Shown: in pieces, positions 36,371 to 40,299 of the stretch | How positions within the stretch are numbered: position 1 is the stretch's first letter | Layout of the letters: every line of letters begins with the position of its first letter | Source of the DNA: Thermostichus sp. DRC_bins_24 | GTDB lineage: Bacteria > Cyanobacteriota > Cyanobacteriia > Thermostichales > Thermostichaceae | Direction of reading: 5' to 3' | Assembly (NCBI GenBank): GCA_039794845.1 | Contig: JAUQVK010000073.1 | Coordinates: forward strand, 1 to 40,299 | Length of the DNA stretch: 40,299 bases | Program-made: the position numbers and the translations under genes | The notes under the pieces: generated by a model | The model's input: the letters and a program-made list of their open reading frames with translations, nothing else | The model's database searches: none | Told to the model about the DNA's origin: nothing

Positions 36371-37003
36371 ATGGTGGAAAACAGACTGGCGATGGTAGAG
36401 GAACTTAGCAGGGGCAGGGCTGACCTGACTCAGGCCTTCAAAGTAGCCGTTGCTCTGTCAGACGGCACCCTAACGGGGGAGACGATTTCGACCCTAACAC
36501 TGACGGTGTTATTGGCCATCGGTCTATTCTTTTTTCTGCGAGCTTCCGGCAAAGATCGTGTAGAGACCCGCCTCTATTTTAGCAGCCGCAGGTTAGAGGA
36601 AATGGGATCCGCTCTACAAGAGCACTTACAGGGGCGTGCCTATCGCTTGCAGGCCACAGATGCGGAGGGGATTGCCACGTTTACGGGACAGGCTCAACCC
36701 AGCGCCGGGTTGGCGGCTTTTTTAACGGGGTTGGCAGGTTTGGGGTTGGCCTGTTTGGCCCTGGTGCTGCACACCCTTGAGCCGCAGTGGAGGGGGTGGC
36801 CCTGGATGCTGATGCTGGCCTCTCCCTGGGCTGGTTGGTACTATTGGCGGCGCAATCAACGCCCGGAACAGATCCGCATCAAGTTGCAGGCAGAGGATTC
36901 CGGATCACGGCTGTGGGTGGAAGGGCATCGGGATGAGTTGGATATTCTGGCGGCCACCTTTGCGCTGCAGGAACGGGATCCCGACGAGAACGATGAGAAC
37001 TAA
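36371..37003 (+). CDS. ccb1: Cofactor assembly of complex C subunit B (CCB1; cytochrome b6 heme ci attachment)
   Basis: [24 protein letters not shown]...PS..LA.FL, YYW....R.EQ and V.GHRDEL motifs. The true start may be downstream. Confidence 0.85.
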   Translation: MVENRLAMVEELSRGRADLTQAFKVAVALSDGTLTGETISTLTLTVLLAIGLFFFLRASGKDRVETRLYFSSRRLEEMGSALQEHLQGRAYRLQATDAEGIATFTGQAQPSAGLAAFLTGLAGLGLACLALVLHTLEPQWRGWPWMLMLASPWAGWYYWRRNQRPEQIRIKLQAEDSGSRLWVEGHRDELDILAATFALQERDPDENDEN

Positions 37004-39687
37004 GTCAAATCCGGAAAGAGGGGCATGGGGGTACTGGCATTGGTGGCGGCCTGTGGCAAGGACAGCTGCTCACCACCGGGGATCCCATCCTGAGCTGACT
37101 TTTTTTTCTTGGGGCTCTGACTTCGCCCTTGATTTCTCAGACCCAGGCCGATGCGACTGTGTTCTTCCACCAACTGCAACACCTGCTTGGCCCGTTCGAT
37201 CACCGGTCTGGGTAGACCGGCCATGCGCCCCACCTCGATGCCATAGGAGCGATCCGCCCCGCCCGCCTGCACCTGGTGCAAAAAGATGATGTGGTCTTCC
37301 AGCTCTTTCACCACCACCTGAAAGTTGGCCACATTGGGCAGCAGCGTTTCCAGTTGGTTCATCTCGTGGTAGTGGGTGGCAAAGAGGGTACGGGCGCGCA
37401 CCTGGGTCGCTAGATATTCCGCCACCGCCCAGGCAATGGAGAGGCCATCAAAGGTGGCCGTACCGCGACCGATCTCGTCTAGCAAGACCAGGGAGCGTTC
37501 GGTGGCATGGTTGAGGATGTTGGCGGTCTCGTTCATTTCCACCATGAAGGTGGATTGCCCTGTAGCCAGATCGTCCACCGCCCCCACCCGCGTAAACACC
37601 CGATCACAAAGGCCCAACTCAGCCCGTTCTGCCGGGATAAAGCTGCCCATCTGCGCCAAGATTTGGATGAGCCCGATTTGCCGCAGGTAGGTGGATTTGC
37701 CGGACATATTCGGCCCCGTCAGCACCATCAAATCGGTGCCCCCAGGGGATCCCAGATCAACGGAGTTGGCCACGAACAAGCCGCTGGGCAAAGATTTTTC
37801 CACCACCGGGTGGCGCCCCCCCTCGATGTGCAGGCGGCGATCCTGGGTGATGTGGGGGCGGCTGTACCCCTGCTGCACCGCCACCTCCGCCAAACCCAAG
37901 AGGGCATCCACAGCGGCGATGGTTTGGGCGATTTGGCGAATCGATGCGGTCTGGGATCCCGCCCGCAGGCGCAACTGCAAAAACAGCTCGTATTCCCGTT
38001 GGTTGATGTCGGTTTGGGCGGTGAGGATGCGGGCTTCTTTTTCCTTGAGGTCTGGGGTGATGAAGCGCTCCTCGTTGGTCAGGGTTTGTTTGCGGATGTA
38101 GTTCTCCGGCACTTGGTTGGCTTTGGCGCGGCTGATGCTCAGGTAGTAGCCAAAGGCCTTGTTAAAGCCCACCTTTAAGGTGGGGATCCCGGTGCGGTCG
38201 CGCTCAATTTTCTCCAGATTGGCAATCCACTGGCGGTCTTGTTCCACCTGTTGCCGCAGCAGATCCAAGTCGGGATCCACCCCCGGCTGAATCAATCCCC
38301 CTTCCGTCAGAATGGGCGGGGGTGAGGGCAGCAGCGTCCGTTCAATGAGCCGGCCCAGGTCAGAGAGGGCGGGATCCACCTGCTGCAGGCTTTGCAATAG
38401 GGGGGTCTGGGCCTCGGCCACCAGATCGGCCAAGTCGGGGAGTTTGCTCAAAGAGGAGCCGAGGGCCACCAACTCCCGCGGGTTGGCAGTACCGGATCCG
38501 ACACGGCTGGCCAGGCGTTCGAGGTCGTAGAGGGAGTCCAACAGGGATCCGAGACGGGTGCGCAGAGAAGGGTGATCCAGCAGTTCTTGGATCGTGTCTT
38601 GGCGGGTTTGGATGAGGGCCAGATCCCGCAACGGCTGCAACAGCCAACGTCGCAGCGCTCGTCCCCCCATGGCGGTGCGGCTGTGATCCAGCACCCACAA
38701 CAGGGATCCCACAAAAGCCCCCTCCCGGATCGTCTGGGTCAGTTCCAGGTTGCGCCGGGTTTGCGGATCCAACATCAGGTAGTCCGTCAGTTGGTAGGTG
38801 CGTGGGGGCTGCAGTAGGGGATGGATCCCCTGGGGGGAGGGTTGCGGCAAGTTCTTCTGGGTTTCTTCCAGGTATTGCAGCAGCCCCCCTGCCGCCCGAA
38901 CCGCCAAGGGCAGCCCTTCACAACCCAACCCCTCCAAAGACCGTAGGCGATAGGTTTGCAGGAGATGGTCTCGTGCCACCCCCAACTCAAAGGGCTCTGG
39001 GGGGCGCAGGGTGTATCCATACTGGCTGGGCAACCCGTTCAGAGCTTGGGGATCCCCGGGGCGAATTAGGGTCAACCCCAAGCCATCCTCCGCCGGGATC
39101 AAGACCTCCGCCGGCTGGAGCCGTGCCAGTTCCTGTTCCAGTTTTTCGTTGCCCTCGCTCTGACACACCCAAAACTCCCCCGTTGAAATATCGGCATAGG
39201 CCAAGCCCCAAAGGGGATCTGAGCGTTTGACTTCCTTCAGACGCACGATGGCTGCCAGGTAGTTGTTTTGCCGTGCCTTTAGCAGTTCTTCTTCCAAAAC
39301 GGTGCCCGGGGTGATCACCCGCGTCACCTCCCGCCGCACCAAGCCCTTGGCCTGATCTGCCGGTTCCATTTGCTCACATACGGCGATGGCATAGCCCTTG
39401 CCCACCAACTGGGCTGCGTAGCGCTCAAAGGCATGATGGGGCACGCCACACATCGGGATCCGCCCCAGCGCCCCTCCCTCCCGCCCGGTGAGCACCAGCT
39501 CCAGCTCCCGCGAGACGGTGTAGGCATCCTGAAAAAACATCTCGTAAAAGTCCCCCAGCCGGTAAAGCAAGATGGCATGGGGATATTGCCGCTTCAGCTC
39601 CACGTAGTGCTGCATCATCGGGGTGAGCAGGGCGGGATCCACCTTGAGGGCATCCCAGGTTTCGGCAGGAGAAGAGGACGAAGACAT
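37000..39687 (-). CDS. mutS: DNA mismatch repair protein MutS
   Basis: [47 protein letters not shown] and SYGI motifs. Confidence 0.98.
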   Translation of the reverse strand: MSSSSSPAETWDALKVDPALLTPMMQHYVELKRQYPHAILLYRLGDFYEMFFQDAYTVSRELELVLTGREGGALGRIPMCGVPHHAFERYAAQLVGKGYAIAVCEQMEPADQAKGLVRREVTRVITPGTVLEEELLKARQNNYLAAIVRLKEVKRSDPLWGLAYADISTGEFWVCQSEGNEKLEQELARLQPAEVLIPAEDGLGLTLIRPGDPQALNGLPSQYGYTLRPPEPFELGVARDHLLQTYRLRSLEGLGCEGLPLAVRAAGGLLQYLEETQKNLPQPSPQGIHPLLQPPRTYQLTDYLMLDPQTRRNLELTQTIREGAFVGSLLWVLDHSRTAMGGRALRRWLLQPLRDLALIQTRQDTIQELLDHPSLRTRLGSLLDSLYDLERLASRVGSGTANPRELVALGSSLSKLPDLADLVAEAQTPLLQSLQQVDPALSDLGRLIERTLLPSPPPILTEGGLIQPGVDPDLDLLRQQVEQDRQWIANLEKIERDRTGIPTLKVGFNKAFGYYLSISRAKANQVPENYIRKQTLTNEERFITPDLKEKEARILTAQTDINQREYELFLQLRLRAGSQTASIRQIAQTIAAVDALLGLAEVAVQQGYSRPHITQDRRLHIEGGRHPVVEKSLPSGLFVANSVDLGSPGGTDLMVLTGPNMSGKSTYLRQIGLIQILAQMGSFIPAERAELGLCDRVFTRVGAVDDLATGQSTFMVEMNETANILNHATERSLVLLDEIGRGTATFDGLSIAWAVAEYLATQVRARTLFATHYHEMNQLETLLPNVANFQVVVKELEDHIIFLHQVQAGGADRSYGIEVGRMAGLPRPVIERAKQVLQLVEEHSRIGLGLRNQGRSQSPKKKKSAQDGIPGGEQLSLPQAATNASTPMPLFPDLT

Positions 39688-39922
39688 AGCCCACACTCAA
39701 TAAGGAACGATCCCGGCAGGGAATCCGGCAAAAACAATGGTCAAGCTGACCTCCAGAATCATTGTGCTAGCACGCGAACGGCTTTGGGTGTTGCTGCACC
39801 CAATGGGGGCGCAAGCCGATAGCTCAGCAGGATCACCCCCAGCACTTACCAGTCCTCCCCAAAGTTGTTGGCATTTACTTGCAATATCCAGAAAGCACTG
39901 ATATTCTGACGACTACATCGCT

Positions 39923-39941
39923 ATTGATTCTTAATCTCAAT
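39923..39941. promoter_or_regulatory. Putative Fur box
   Basis: 19-bp imperfect palindrome ATTGATTCTTAATCTCAAT, close to ATTGAGAATnATTCTCAAT, upstream of an iron ABC permease. Confidence 0.6.
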
Positions 39942-40057
39942 AAAGTTTGTCTTTCTCTCGGCTCCGGGGCGGGTCTTTGCGCCTTGAAGGGGCTTGGTTT
40001 CTCCATTGACCATAGACTCCAGAGGTTCTTGAGGTGCTGGTTAGCAATGAGCGTTCC

Positions 40058-40299
40058 TTGTCCACTACTGATAGTACCTGCAGCCAGAAGCTGGGACAGT
40101 CCCGTCCTATTGGCTTGGCTTGTTTGCTAATAGGCAGCATTACCTTGTTGCTTTTGTTCTCCCTATCTTTTGGATCCGTTTCCATGAGTGGGGGGGAAGT
40201 CTGGCAAGCCCTATGGCAACAAGGGGATCCCACCCGGCAGACGATCATTTGGCAGTTGCGCATGCCCCGTGCCCTGTTGGCGCAACTGGTGGGGGCAGC
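40058..40299 (+). CDS. FecCD/BtuC-family iron-chelate ABC transporter permease (5' part, runs off the window; absent from the ORF track)
   Basis: Manual translation gives ...LLLLFSLSFGSVSMSGGEVWQALWQQGDPTRQTIIWQLRMPRALLAQLVGA, with the SL..G and IIW.LR.PR..LA.LVGA motifs. Start is TTG 40058 or GTG 40034. Confidence 0.88.
   Translation, partial: MSTTDSTCSQKLGQSRPIGLACLLIGSITLLLLFSLSFGSVSMSGGEVWQALWQQGDPTRQTIIWQLRMPRALLAQLVGA

Overview
GC-rich chromosomal window from a thermophilic cyanobacterium, most likely the Thermostichus (hot-spring Synechococcus OS-A/OS-B') lineage, judging by the cyanobacterial gene content and the pervasive GGGATCCC palindrome. It is mostly housekeeping: plsC, htpG, a PgpH-like HD hydrolase, a PPTase, an LCP protein, a rhomboid protease, trpD, purN, hom, hemY, ndhCKJ, nnr, murJ, sigC, ccb1, mutS and the start of an iron ABC permease. 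The most interesting signals are non-coding or contextual. (1) Two diverged copies of a ~160-180 bp MITE with TACAGCCCTT/AAGGGCTGTA ends (191-373, 27916-28072); the second abuts or overlaps a 6S-RNA-like sequence. (2) An ORF-less IS200/IS605-type mini-element (11845-~12215) that could still encode a TnpB guide RNA. (3) A DUF4278-PirA-like fusion behind a perfect NtcA box. (4) An NDUFAF7/MidA-type methyltransferase and a small membrane protein directly behind ndhCKJ. (5) Many perfect 9-12 bp head-to-tail duplications. All family calls come from motif recognition by eye; no searches were run. No tRNA, rRNA, CRISPR array or intact transposase was found.
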